Shown here one piece after another: positions 14,414 through 36,684 of a stretch of 64,000 nt of DNA. Each line of letters opens with the position of its first letter. The stretch's first letter is position 1. The translations under genes and the position numbers were made by a program. Origin of the DNA: the human T2T-CHM13v2.0 reference genome, Homo sapiens; assembly GCF_009914755.1 (NCBI RefSeq), contig NC_060925.1. One strand, written 5' to 3'. A model generated the notes under the pieces. It saw only the letters and a program-made list of their open reading frames with translations. It did not search any database and was not told the origin of the DNA.

Positions 14414-15232
14414 TTAACAAGTGAATTAGCATTAGAATGGACACTGCCTGTATTTTTAAATACACACGTGGGAAAAATTATAAACAAAGGGAGGAAAATC
14501 CTTTAGGAAAAAATGACTTTTGCCAAGCAACTATTTAGTCTCTGCTTGGATGATTTTAGAGATAGGAAGCTTGGTAATTCAAGAAGCATTAAATAGCTCT
14601 AATCTTCTTCAGTTCTAGCTTGTATCTAACACCTTTTGATAGTCAACCATTCCAGAAATGGGAAATTAGCTCCATTTCATAAAGAAGATGTGCAGAAAAG
14701 GTTAAAGAAAATTCCCTAAGGTTATATACTTAGTAACAAAGCTGAAATTCAAATGCAGGCCTGCCAGATACCACAAGCCACGCTTTTTTCCTTAAATCAA
14801 GCAGGCACCATGTCAGACACTGAGGACCTGGGGATGGCCTTGGGGATTGGTGGAAGGCAGGATTCAAAGGAGGCTATTAGGGCAGAAAAGAAACTATTGC
14901 CACTTGTCTTTGGAAACAACACAAATAAGGCCATTTCTGCTTTGTGAAATTGCCCTTGAAGTCTCCTCTTACATCTCTTTTTTAGAATAAACACACTCCG
15001 TTCTTTCAGCTGATTTTTATGAATTCAGTATTCTTTATTGGTTCCCTCTTATGGATATAATTCATTCCATCAATTTCTCTCTCCAATGTAGCCTCAAAAA
15101 GTTACCATGGATTTCTGGTTGTAGCACAAAATCCAGTGGAACCACCCCTACTATAAACACCATGGCTTAGGGCTTCTCCCTTCCTCTCTCCTGAAAAAGC
15201 GGAATTTTAATATGAGTCACAAACATATATGG

Positions 15233-15941
<709 letters not shown>

Positions 15942-16938
15942 GTTTTAATATGAGTCACAAATACATATGATTTTTTTTCCTAGGAGAACTCCTTCTTTGG
16001 TGTTCTGCTCCCACATTTTAATGGGTTCGCTCTCCCTCTACGGCCTTGCTCCCTCTCCTGTCCCTCTTTCTCTCCCCTCAGTCCCCCTCCCTGTGACCAG
16101 AGAAATACGATACATGGGTTGGCTTAGGTCCTGCTCAGGTTCTCTGTCTGAGCAGGGTTGAGGCGGGAAGGGCTATATTCCCCAGAGTCATATGAGATTG
16201 CATTTTATCAGAAGAAGGCAGGAATGAGAAGGAAGCAAAAAAGTTCCTTTAGAAAATGTTACCAAAAGTCAAATTACTAATGGAAGGATACAGTAAGTTT
16301 TATTCTTCTTATTATACATGTAAAGCTCCTTTTCAAGAACATGTTACAATTTGTGGTGCCCCAATCTATGTGAGAAACTTAAAAATGAACAAGCATTAGG
16401 GTTTTTCATTTTACTTGTTTTTTTTTTTACTTAATATTATGACATTTTACTTCACAGTCATTTGATTTGCATATTTTAGTGACATTAAAAATTTTTGTTT
16501 TTATAGTTTGTCATTTTAATTATATAAAGGCAAATGGTTGAATAAAGAAGGAAATACTGCTTATACAATTTTTTGAAGACAAAGATTTGTCAATAGGGAA
16601 GAAAAGGTATAAATCAAGTTATGTTGTTTTCTAAAGTCATATTTGCCCTGAGGAAAATAAAATCCTAACGGTTTTTTTAAACTTACACAAGCCTCACAAA
16701 GAGCTGGAAATCCTGCCAGCTAGAGTGGAGAGACACTATAATTTAACAGACATTGACTAAAATTTAGAAGAGCTGTGCTTTATAGTGGGGCCATATTAGG
16801 TATCAAACTGATTTTCACAAAAAACTGAACTGTGAGCCAGAATGAAGAACAATCAGATTTAAAGAAACATAACAAAATTTAGCACCTAATAACTTAAAAT
16901 TTACAATGTCCAGCAACCCATTGAAAAATCACCAGTCA

Positions 16939-17298
<360 letters not shown>

Positions 17299-18367
17299 TT
17301 ACATCAATACAAATAGATCCATAAGTGATAGAGAGGATAGAATTAACAGATACAGACTTTAAAGCAGCTACTATACATCTTATAAAATATACTGAATTAT
17401 CTAAAGAAAAACATGAATATGATGAAAGAAATGGAAGATATACCAGTGGAATATCTAGAGATAAAAATAAATCAAATATTTAAAAATATATATACTTAAT
17501 GGGAAGAACAGCAAGTTAGACACTGCAGAAGAAATGACCCATGAACTTGAAAGTGTAGCAATATAATCTCTTTAAAAAAAGATAGAAAAAAAGACTGAAA
17601 AGAAACGAAAGAGCCTCAGTGAGCTGTGGGACAATATCAAGTGGTAGAAGATACATATAAATGGTGTTCCAGAGGAAGGGAGAGAAAAAATATTTGAAGA
17701 AATAATTATGACTGAAAATTTTCCCAATTTGATGAAGTCTGCAAATTCACAGACCAAGAAGTTCAATGAATCCCAAGAAACAGAAATATAAAGAAGCCAT
17801 ACCAAAGCACATCATAATCAAATTGTTGAAACTCAGAAATGAAGAGAAAAATCTTAAAAGTAGCAAAGGAGAAAAAGAAACCCCACATGTTACACATAAA
17901 GGAGCAACGATAAGAATAGCCAAAAACTTCATGTCAGAAGCCTTGCAAGTCAAAATATAATAAATGACAACTTCAGAGTGCTTGAAAGAAATTATTAAAC
18001 ATAGAATTTTATAACCAGTGAAAAGCTCTCTCTAAAATGAAGGTAAAATAAAAACGTTTTTTGACCAATAAATCCAACCACATAGTTGAAATGAACACAT
18101 TTCTTGAAAGGCAACATCTACCAAGCCTCACTTAAAAAGAAATGAACAACCTGAGTAATCCTATATCTAATAAAGGAATTTATAGTTAAAAGCCTTCACA
18201 CAAAGACAACTTTAAACCCAGATGGCTTCACTGGAGAATTTTCCCACACATTTAAGGAAAACATGAATATACACAAACTCAGAAAAAAGAAGGAAACACT
18301 TCCCAGCACGTTACAGGGTCAGCATTACCTCAATAACAAAACCAAAGACAGTATACGAAAACTACAA

Positions 18368-18966
18368 ATCAAGAACTGGAAATACCATTTGGCCCAGCCA
18401 TCCCATTACCGGGTATACACCCAAAGGATTATAAATCATGCTGCTATAAAGACACATGCACACATATGTTTAGTGTGGCACTATTCACAATAGCCAAGAC
18501 TTGGAACCAAGCCAAATGTCCAACAATGATAGACTGGATTAAGAAAATGTGGCACATATACACCATGGAATACTATGCAGCCATAAAAAATGATGAGTTC
18601 ATGTCCTTTGTAGGGACATGGATGAAGCTGGAAACCATCATTCTCAGCAAACTATTGCAAGGACAAAAAACCAAACACCATATGTTCTCACTCATAGGTG
18701 GGAATTGAACAATGAGAACACATGGACACAGGAAGGGGAACATCACACACCAAGGCCTGTCGTGGGGTGGGGGGAGGGGGGAGGTATAGCATTAGGAGAT
18801 ACACCTAATGTTAAATGACGAGTTAATGGGTGCAGCACACCAACATGGCACATGTATACATATGTAACCAACCTGCAGGTTGTGCACATGTACCCTAAAA
18901 CTTAAAGTATAATAAAAAATAAATAAATCAATAAATAGGGAATCCTTCCCCGCCCCCCCAAAAAAA
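18368..18966 (+). mobile_element. 5'-truncated L1PA (~PA4) with extra 3' sequence
   Basis: ORF2 C-terminus and 3'UTR; TSD gaaaactaca(a/g)at at 18357 and 18967. Confidence 0.9.
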
Positions 18967-19334
18967 GAAAACTACAGATAAATATGCCTCACAGACACAG
19001 ATGCAAAAATTTTAGTATATTTAATCTAAATATATATATAACATATATAATATAGTTTTAAAATGTGTTAGTTTTTTTGAATGTTAAATCAAGGTTACAT
19101 TCCTGATATAAACTATACTTGGTCAGGATTAATTATGATAAATAATTGTAAATAATTATGATAATTCATCATGACTATATGGAGTTTATACTAGAAATGT
19201 AACATTGGTTTAACATTTGAAAATTTCGAATAATGTAAATTAGTATAAGAAAGAAGAACTATATGATCCTCTCAATAGATGAAAAGAAATTCTGTATCCA
19301 TTTCTGATTTAAAAAAGAGAAAACTCAGAAGAGG

Positions 19335-25645
<6,311 letters not shown>

Positions 25646-26179
25646 GACTAATTATATGTTATGTGAATTTCACCCCAATAAACTTTTCAAATAAAATTAA
25701 AATTAAAATCTCTCAAAGATGGGAGAGAGTTTTAAAATAAAAGATAAAGGAGATTTTCACACATTGAAAAAAAAAACTCTCAGTAAATTAAGAATAGGAA
25801 AGAACTTCCTCAACCTGATAAAGCATATTTATTTCCATAACTATAGCCAACATCATATATAATGCTAAAAAAACTGAATGTTTGCCCTGAATGTCAGGAA
25901 CAAGGCAAGGATGTCTGTTCTCACTACTTTCACACATTTTATTGGAGGCTTTATTTTCACTATAGCATGTATCACTACTGATTTATCTTGATTTTTATAT
26001 TTATTCATTTTTGTCTCTTCCATGAAGTCAGAGACCTTGTCTGTCTTGTTCTTCCTATATTATTAGCTCCTAAAATAGTGTCTGGCACAAGGTTGGTGTT
26101 CAATGAATATTTATTAAATGAATGAACTTTCTGGTAGTATTGTATAAGTGAGGTACACTTGTGTGACAAAAACGTTTCT

Positions 26180-27628
<1,449 letters not shown>

Positions 27629-27702
27629 TCATTGATGTCTCCCATAAGCCTGTTGTTTTATCCAGGATGAGTCATTAATTTTTCTGATAGAATTTCTCCC
27701 CT

Positions 27703-28160
27703 GTGTAGTGGGTTGAATCATGTCCCCACAAAACAAACACCTGTCCCCCCAGAACCTCAGCATATGACCTTATTTCAAAATAGGGTCTTTGCAGATATAA
27801 ATAGTAATTAGTTAAGATGAGGCTATACTAGATTTAGGTGGACCCTGAGTCCAATGACTGTTGTCCTTATAAGAGAGCAGAACTACAGAGACCCACACGG
27901 AAAAGGTCATGTGACATTGGAAGCAGAGACTGGAGTGATGCAGCTATAAGCCATGCAATGTAAAGGATTGCTGACAGCCAGCAGAAGCTAGGAAGAGGCA
28001 ATAGAAGATTCTTCCCTAGGGCTTTCCGAGGGAGGGAGGCCCTGCTGCCACCTTGATCCCCAACATCTAGCCTCCAGAACTATGAGAGAATACATTTCTG
28101 TTATTTTAAGTCACCAAGTTTGTGGTCATTTGTTAAGGTGGCCCAAGGAAACTAATATAC
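27703..28160 (+). mobile_element. MLT1 LTR
   Basis: tgtagtgggttgaat...agggtctttgcagat...cctccagaactatgagagaataca...ggaaactaata. Confidence 0.8.
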
Positions 28161-28453
28161 CTTGCTATACCACATGATGTTTTTATTACTTTTACTATGA
28201 TGTTTTTTACTATGACGTAAGTAGTAAACATGTCATATTCATTTGCTTTTCCAACTTCTATTCTGTTGGAAAGCACATATTGAAATAATTTTACTTTACC
28301 ATTAAATTAGTCAAGACTCAGAATGGTTCCATATTCAAAGCCTATTGTTCTACTTTTATGTTTCATTTCATTTGTTTCACTTATTTTTCTCAGAAGTAAA
28401 TATACCCTTACCAAAATTCATTTGGGAATTTAGTTTTCTTTTTCTCTTTCTAG

Positions 28454-28545
28454 GTATTCCGTTATCAAGTGTTGGCTTGCTAGAAAAAGAATGCCTCATG
28501 AAGTCACTCACTCAATGGAAGAAATTAAGCTCTGCCCAACTCTAA
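28454..28545 (+). CDS. UBE2U: UBE2U coding exon, YSVIKCWLARKRMPHEVTHSMEEIKLCPTL
   Basis: Long pyrimidine tract + ttctag acceptor, donor TAA|gtaaat; 92 nt = 1+90+1, in frame with flanking exons. Confidence 0.88.
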
Positions 28546-30114
28546 GTAAATCGATTCACTCTATTTGTTTTGCTTTTATAACTAACATATTATGCATAAT
28601 ATGCATAACTTTAAACTTTTTTCCATTTAAGTAAGTTGGAATATATGAGGGCTAATCCTTGTGTTCTCCTTTTAAGGTTGCTTTAACTTTTTCTGACTTT
28701 CCAAATTAATTTGGTAAATTAGTCACATAGGAATTGGAACTTTGACAGAATTGAGTTACTTATATTTTCAAGCTTACTACCCTTTAATAGGTTGATATAC
28801 AATTTGAAATTTTAAGGCTAAGTTTCAAAATATGAAAAAGCAGCCAAAACACACAGAGCACTAATAAACTGATCCCTAAAACTCATTGTATATTCAAAGG
28901 TATATGCAATATGGTTGAAAAGAAAGAAACAATGCTGAGTTGTTTTTCGTGCTCTTTTAAAAATTACCATTTACTTGTTGGGATAGGTTGAGAGTGAGTC
29001 TTCAGCCGGGAGAGCTGGTAACTTACCATGGAAGTCAGCTGGTATAGAGGGGAAAGCATGACATTTGGGGATAGAGAACTTAGGTTCAGATTCCAGTTCT
29101 GTGCTACTATGGAAAGGTCACTCAACCTCTGAACTTAGTTTTTTTCATCCTTAGCTAGTACTGTGTATGTGGAAGATGTTCAACAAATCCTAGTTGCTAA
29201 AAATCTGCCCTTACTCACAGGATTCTTATGACTAAGTGACTCCATGTATAGACAATTTCTTTGTGAACTGAAAAGTACAAAAAAAAATAGTTACTGTTTT
29301 TTCCTGTCACCTGGCCACTAAACATAACAGCATATAAATGCCAGGCACAGGCAATCACCTTCATTCAGTGATTCTCCAAGGGCCCTGCCCCCGTATCTCC
29401 AAGTTTCTTTTCCCTGCTCAGTATCCACCTCTCTCCCTCCTAATTGTTTGGTGTGCCACGCAGATTTCCTCCTCTGTATTATCAGCCTCAGCCTTCTCCA
29501 TTCAACTCTCCCTTCTTCCAGATTTCAGGGTACCTGTGAGGTAGGAAATGTTGCCTTCTCCAGCCTTGCTCTTTGCTTTCTCCATGATTTCCCTACTCCC
29601 CTCTGCAATCTCTGTCTTTCAACATCCCCACCATGTTCACCAGTGGAAGAGATCAGTTGGTTAAGTTGATGTGATTACAGTAATTTTTGTCTATGCTTTG
29701 TCAGACTGGTGACAAAGCTATGTCTCTATAGCTCAGCTCTGCTTATGTTTTTACCAGGTCTAAAATACTTTGTTTCCCATTTTCCTTCAGGATAAAATTT
29801 AGACTCTTTGACACAGAAAATCCTTAATGCTCTAATACTTGTCTCTGTCTTTGCAGTGACATTCCCTCCCTCTCCCCTTCACAACCTAAATGCTACACTA
29901 AGCTAGTGGGTCATGATTGTTTGTTCCCTACCTCATTTCATAAAAAAATTTGAGCAGTACACTGTGTTTTCTCATACCCCTACTCTAAATGCTCTTCTCT
30001 CCCCTTCTTTACTTTCTAATGCCTATGCATCCTTTGAGATTCAGTTCGGGTATTACCTTTTTTAGGAAACTTTCTTTGTGGGTTATCATAGCACTTCTAC
30101 CATAGCCGTATCAT

Positions 30115-30695
30115 GCTCTATTTGTTTTCTATTGCTGTGTCACAAATTAGCACACATTGAATGGTTTAAAACAACACACATTTATTATTTTACTGTTTCT
30201 GTGGGCCTGGAGTACAGGCACAGCTTAGCTGAATCCTCTGCTTAAGGTCTCAGAAAGCTGCAATCAAGGCTTTGGCTGGGCTGCATTCTCATCCTAGTGG
30301 TTTGAATGGGGGAGGAATCTGCTTCCCAGCCCAGTGAGGTTGTCGACAGAATCCATTTTCTTCTGTCTTTAGGAATGAGGGCCCTGGCTTCTGGCTGGGT
30401 ATATGTGGGAGGCCTCCCTCAGCTACTGAGGGCTGCACACAGTTCCTTGCCATGTGGGCTCTCCCAGCCTGGCCTCCTACTTTATCCAGCAAGAGTCTTT
30501 AGAGCAAGTCTGATAGCAAGATGGAGTCATATGTGATGTAACATAATCATGTGAGTGAGACCTTATCACTTGCATCCTATTTTATTGGTTAGAAGTCATG
30601 GGTCCTATCCACACTCAGAAAGGAGGAGTTTACACTCAGGTGTAAATACCAGGATGCAGGGATTCTAGGGGCCATCTTGGAGTCTGTCCGGCACA
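30115..30695 (-). mobile_element. MLT1 LTR
   Basis: ttttctattgctgtg...ttaaaacaacacacatttatta...ggggccatcttggagtctg. Confidence 0.75.
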
Positions 30696-31051
30696 CATGC
30701 TGTGTTATTACTCTCTTTACTGCCTGTCTCCTTTGAAAAAGAGTGAGATTCTTGAGGGAAGGGACTGCTCACCTCCCAGTCTTCCACAGCACAGTGGTTG
30801 GCATACAGTAGCTATCAATGAGTAAGTAAATAGTAGGATGAAGTAAAATTGTCATGTTTTTATCTGCCTTGTGATTTGGGGGAAAAAAAGGTGAAAACCC
30901 ATGATAAGTGGGGAAAAGGCAAGTTGGAAGAGACAACATTTTAAGTTTAATGTCCAGAAACTGGTTAGCGCTCCAGTGCTGAGCCTTGTCCTCTTTAATC
31001 ATGGAATAGACTCCTTTGTGTCTACTCTGGAAGAAACTATACCTGAGAGGT

Positions 31052-31480
31052 TGTGGTAAATTTGATTATTGTTCAGAAATATTCATTCCTGCTCCACCTA
31101 CATGAACAAAACATGTTTCCTTGTGCCTTGACTTTGAGCTTTTCCCTGTGACCTGTTTTCATCAGTGGAATATTAGTGGGTGCAGTGTGCCCCCAGGGTT
31201 TGGAAAGGGTTTGCATGATTTGGCTTGCTCTTTTTCTCTTCTGCCATCATCACCAGAGCGTGCCTGGACTGGCCCTCTGATCACAGAGAAAGATTCAAGG
31301 CATAGATCTGAGCTTGCCCACCCACGTTTCCCAGCCATTCCCCAGCCAAAGAAGCCAACCACCTATTGACCTGCTGACATGTGACCAAAACAAATACTTA
31401 TTGCTGTATGTCACTAAGATTTTGTGGTTGTTTATTATGTAGCAAGAGAGTTATTATGTAGCGAGAATGAACTTATATAG
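31052..31480 (+). mobile_element. Old MLT1 LTR
   Basis: 3' signature cttattgctgtatgtcactaagattttgtggttgtttattatgtagca. Confidence 0.6.
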
Positions 31481-32514
31481 GATATCAAAGGGAAGTATGA
31501 CTCAGAAAAGGAAAGAATTGTGTGTCCCTCTTTTGCAGAGAAGGATGGCATGTCATAGTTTGCCAGTGGGAGAAACTCACCAGAGATTTGGCAGGTGGGA
31601 GGGAAGTTGAGGACATTATGCTTGGGAAGTTGTTCATATCAGGCATGGCGGGTTCCTCAGATATGGCATTTTCACACATCTCTCCACAGCCTCACTTCAC
31701 AGACATGGTGGCTGCACAAATATCCCCATGAACTCATTGTTTTTGTCCCACTTTGGGTGGCTAAATGTGTGCAGCCTCTTGTACTCTATGAGCTCCTGGT
31801 TTCCCACTCGTGTCAGTGCATCAGACTAAAGTGGGTCACGACTCTTTTTTCAATTCTCCAGCTGTAGCTTCCAGATCTTCACTCCCCTGGGTCCTCCCAC
31901 AGCTGGATAATCCCACATTCCTGTGTTAGACTCTCACTCTTGTATTACTTGTAGTGGCTCTGTTTTCCTAACTGAACCCAGGCTGAAAACAGGACTGAAT
32001 AGAAATAAACCATTTGGCAATCATCAAAGCCCATCAGTCAGCACAGATTTTAATATCTTTATTAGCTAAACTATTTTCAGATTAAAAATAAATTATCAGA
32101 GGCAGAGTTTCCATGATCCAACCCAAGAAAGGCATGGAAAATATAAGGCAGTTAGAATTTGTGCTTCCATAACTTATTTTGTTAACATAGTAACAAAATC
32201 CCCACCTTTATTACTGATTCCAACCACCAAATCCAAGGTGTCTCAGAGAGATTTATAATGCTTAAGATTTCCTGGAGGAGAGAAATTCAAAATAATATTG
32301 TTTTTTATGTTCTAAAGAAACATTTCTATATTTATTTTGCATTATAGTCTGCTGATCTAGCCAGGTTTCTTTTTATGCTTCCTGGGAGTTTTTAACAGGG
32401 CAGGAACTAAGAAGGCAAATAGTCAAGGTGGTTGATTCCCAACTTTCATTCCACGCCAGCAACTCATGTCAGCCAATCATGGTGATCCCATTTCCCTTCC
32501 CAGTAACTAGTTTA

Positions 32515-32830
<316 letters not shown>

Positions 32831-33397
32831 AAGAAATGGCATGTGACAGGATCCTGCTTGAGGGGAAATATGCTGGGCACTTCAGGGGATGGTTTTGCCG
32901 TCCACTCTTAAAAATGAGATCTTGGTGAGAAGATCGCTTTTTCCTCTGGATGTTGCTGTGTCCGGTGTGGTTACTAGAATGGCCGTAGCTCTCTTGCTAT
33001 GCACCTGAAGATGAAGACAACACCTCAGTTAGCAAAGCAAGCAGTAAGAAGAGCTGTGTCCTTCGTGACATTGTGGAGTCACTGAAAACATTCAGTCTTG
33101 CTCTCCACTCTGGCTTTTCTCTTATGTGAGATAAAACACTCTCCTATTGTTTAAACTGGGTTGACTTGGCTTTATATTTCTTGTAATCAAAAGCATGTGG
33201 AGTCAGAAAGGCCCAAGCATGGTTAGAAAGAACTGGAGTTAGTCCATCAATAATATGTTCATGGAAAATAAATAGATGCTTTTCTCAAGGCACAGACAGA
33301 ATTTAGTTTTAAATTAATTACAACTAAATATTAGTACCGAAAGTACAAAAAATTAAAAATCACTGTGGGCCTCAGGATAACCATAGGATAATGGTGA

Positions 33398-33792
<395 letters not shown>

Positions 33793-34874
33793 TAACATTA
33801 GAAGACAGCAAATATTACAGGGTTTATTTCATGTGTGAGGGAAATAAACATATGAGGCAAACAAAATTTGTCCTGGAACCCATAATCAGCAGTGAATCCG
33901 GTGACAACTAGGAAAAAGGGAAGAGAATGCAGTGAGATTTTAGAGTTAACAGAACATAAATAGTACCAGCTAGAGTTCATCCCCAGAAAGCAAGGTCCCC
34001 ATGCTGTGTAGAAATATACATCTAGAAATATAGACATTATATCTATATTCTCCTTTTGAAAAGTATAATCAGTTTATTTCCCTGTTTACAAGGCCTATAA
34101 GATAAAGATGAAAGTCCTTTGCATGACATATGAGGCTTTCCTGATCTGGCTTCAGCCTCCCTTCCAGCTCCACGAAACTTTCTGTATACTATAACATTGT
34201 GTTTTTGGATAGACAGATCTGGGACGAGTCTTGTTATTAGCTGGATATCTTTGATCAAGTTACTATAGGTTGCTCAGCCTCAGTTTCCTCATCTGTAAAA
34301 TAAGAATAATAATACCTGCCCATCACAAGGGTTGTGTCTGAGTTAAATAATATTATAGCTGTCGACGGGTTAGCACCGCACCTGGCACAGTGGAAGCGCG
34401 GGAGAATCCATTCTGATCACCCCTAACCCTGTCAAGTCCTCTCATACCTTTGTGCTTATACGATGTGTGCTGTTTCTTCTATCTAACATGTTCTGACCTC
34501 CCTTCTCTGTCTAACAAACTGGTCTTCCTGTTTCAAAGTCCGACTCAGTTTTCACTTAGACACAGTGATTCCCTCCCTGTGCTCCCAAAGCAGCTTTTCC
34601 CTTGCACATCAACTGGCCCTTAGCAGAGACCCAGTAAATATATATGCTAAATGAATGAACTAACAAAGCATCAAAAGATTGAGCAAAATGGAAAGAATGA
34701 TTTTTGACAAATAAAGTTACTTACAAAACATGAAGTTTAGAAAGTGTAAAAAAGGTTGCTCACATTCATTCAGATGGTCTTTGGCATTATCCTACAAATG
34801 CAGGAACACTTCTCTTTTTATTGTTTTTCTTATTATGTCTATTAAATTTCTATTTTTTATAATTCCCACCACAG

Positions 34875-35059
34875 ATGAAATTTTTCTTGAGTCACCAACT
34901 GCAATAAATAGCATCACAGACATTTATGAAACAGAAGAGGAGGGGTGGAAGAGTGACACTTCATTATATGAAAATGACACAGATGAGCCCAGGGAAGAGG
35001 AAGTGGAAGATCTGATCTCCTGGACCAATACTCTCAATACAAATACTTCAGAAGATTAA
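34875..35059 (+). CDS. UBE2U: UBE2U last coding exon, acidic tail (N)EIFLESPT...DLISWTNTLNTNTSED*
   Basis: Acceptor ccaccacag ending 34874; stop TAA 35057-35059; 19 D/E among 60 residues; equals the 3' part of ORF 34730..35059. Confidence 0.88.
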
Positions 35060-35082
35060 GCAGAACATTATCAGATTCAAAA

Positions 35083-35088
35083 AATAAA
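35083..35088 (+). terminator. UBE2U: Polyadenylation signal of the long UBE2U isoform
   Basis: AATAAA 24 nt after the stop; GT/T-rich sequence follows (~35110-35165). Confidence 0.75.
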
Positions 35089-35825
35089 CAGCCTCCGCCA
35101 TAGCCCAGCGTTGTGGAGCAATTTTGGAAGACTCTCAGAACTTGGATTTCATTTTTTTTAAGTTGTTCTCACCCACTCACTGCAAGTACAAATTAGAAAT
35201 ATAAGTACAAATCAGTAAAGATGTTGCTTTGACTTTTTTGAGTGCTACTCCTTTAGAACAAAGTTACCAAAGTTAGGGGTGTTCATTGCCATATGCCAAT
35301 CAATGGTGTCACACTCCCACAGTTGTTAGGCTACTGGACACAAGTTTTTGCAGGCAGAGAATGGGTCAGAAAGAGGTTGGGATAGGAGGGGAGCAATTAA
35401 AAGCTTCAGAGGCTGGACATGACCCCAAGTAGCGGGATCTATACATGGACCTACATCTGCCTAGTTTCTTGTCTTGTTTCCTCCATATTCAAGGAATGAG
35501 ATGTCGCTATTTACTAATGTTTCTCTTCTGTTTTATCCCAGAGTACGTGCCATTTTCTCTTAAACCTTGACCTATCTCCTCGTATTCTTATAACTTTATT
35601 TTCTCTGTCTCTTTTTGCCATATTGTCTCAACCTACACATGTGCTTTGGTCTCTCCTATTCTAAAATATGTCTCTGCCTTTGACCCCCAACTCTGCTTGC
35701 CTCACCAGTATTCACTCATTTTTCTCAGTCAGATTTATTGATCTGCCTTCCGGGTTCAATATTTAGCTAAATATTTAGCTAGCCAGGAAAGTGTCAAGAG
35801 ACCAGATATGTGTAGTAGAGCTTTC

Positions 35826-35995
35826 TGGTGGCACATGCCCATAGTCCTAGCTACTCAGGAGGCTGTGGTGGGAGGATTGCTTGAGCCTGGGAGATCGAGG
35901 CTGCAGTGATCTGTGATCATGTCACTGCACTCCACTCTGGGCAACAGAGCAAGACCTTGTCTCAAAAAAAAAAAAAAAAAAAAAAAAAAACAAAA
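35826..35995 (+). mobile_element. AluJ right arm / FRAM
   Basis: Right monomer and long A-tail; no TSD found. Confidence 0.85.
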
Positions 35996-36243
35996 CAGAA
36001 CAAACACACCTAGGTTTCTATGGTTGTTGAGAAAAACCAAATAAATGCATCAATACATTAATATTTATGAAGTTCTAATAATAGCACCTGGCCTATAGTA
36101 AGCACTATATTTGTGTTTGATCAAATAAAAAACAAAATTTACTTCTATTTAGTTAATTGATCCCATGCACTATGAAAGAAATTCAGATTCAGGGGGCCTG
36201 AACTGAAGTCTATAAACCTGCAGTTTTAAAAATTACCCCAGCT

Positions 36244-36617
<374 letters not shown>

Positions 36618-36684
36618 TTAACATGGCATGCCAAATCGTGCCATTTGATAACGGAGTGTGTCATGTATAGTAAAACTCCACAAC

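Noticed and set aside
28175-28216. Short duplications (atgatgtttttta; also ttattatgtagc at ~31433-31463)
   Set aside because: Ordinary slippage-type duplications
28345-28545. 66-aa ORF overlapping the exon
   Set aside because: Different frame from the spliced UBE2U reading; mostly intron
34730-34874. N-terminal part of the 109-aa ORF
   Set aside because: Intronic pyrimidine tract; coding starts at the acceptor
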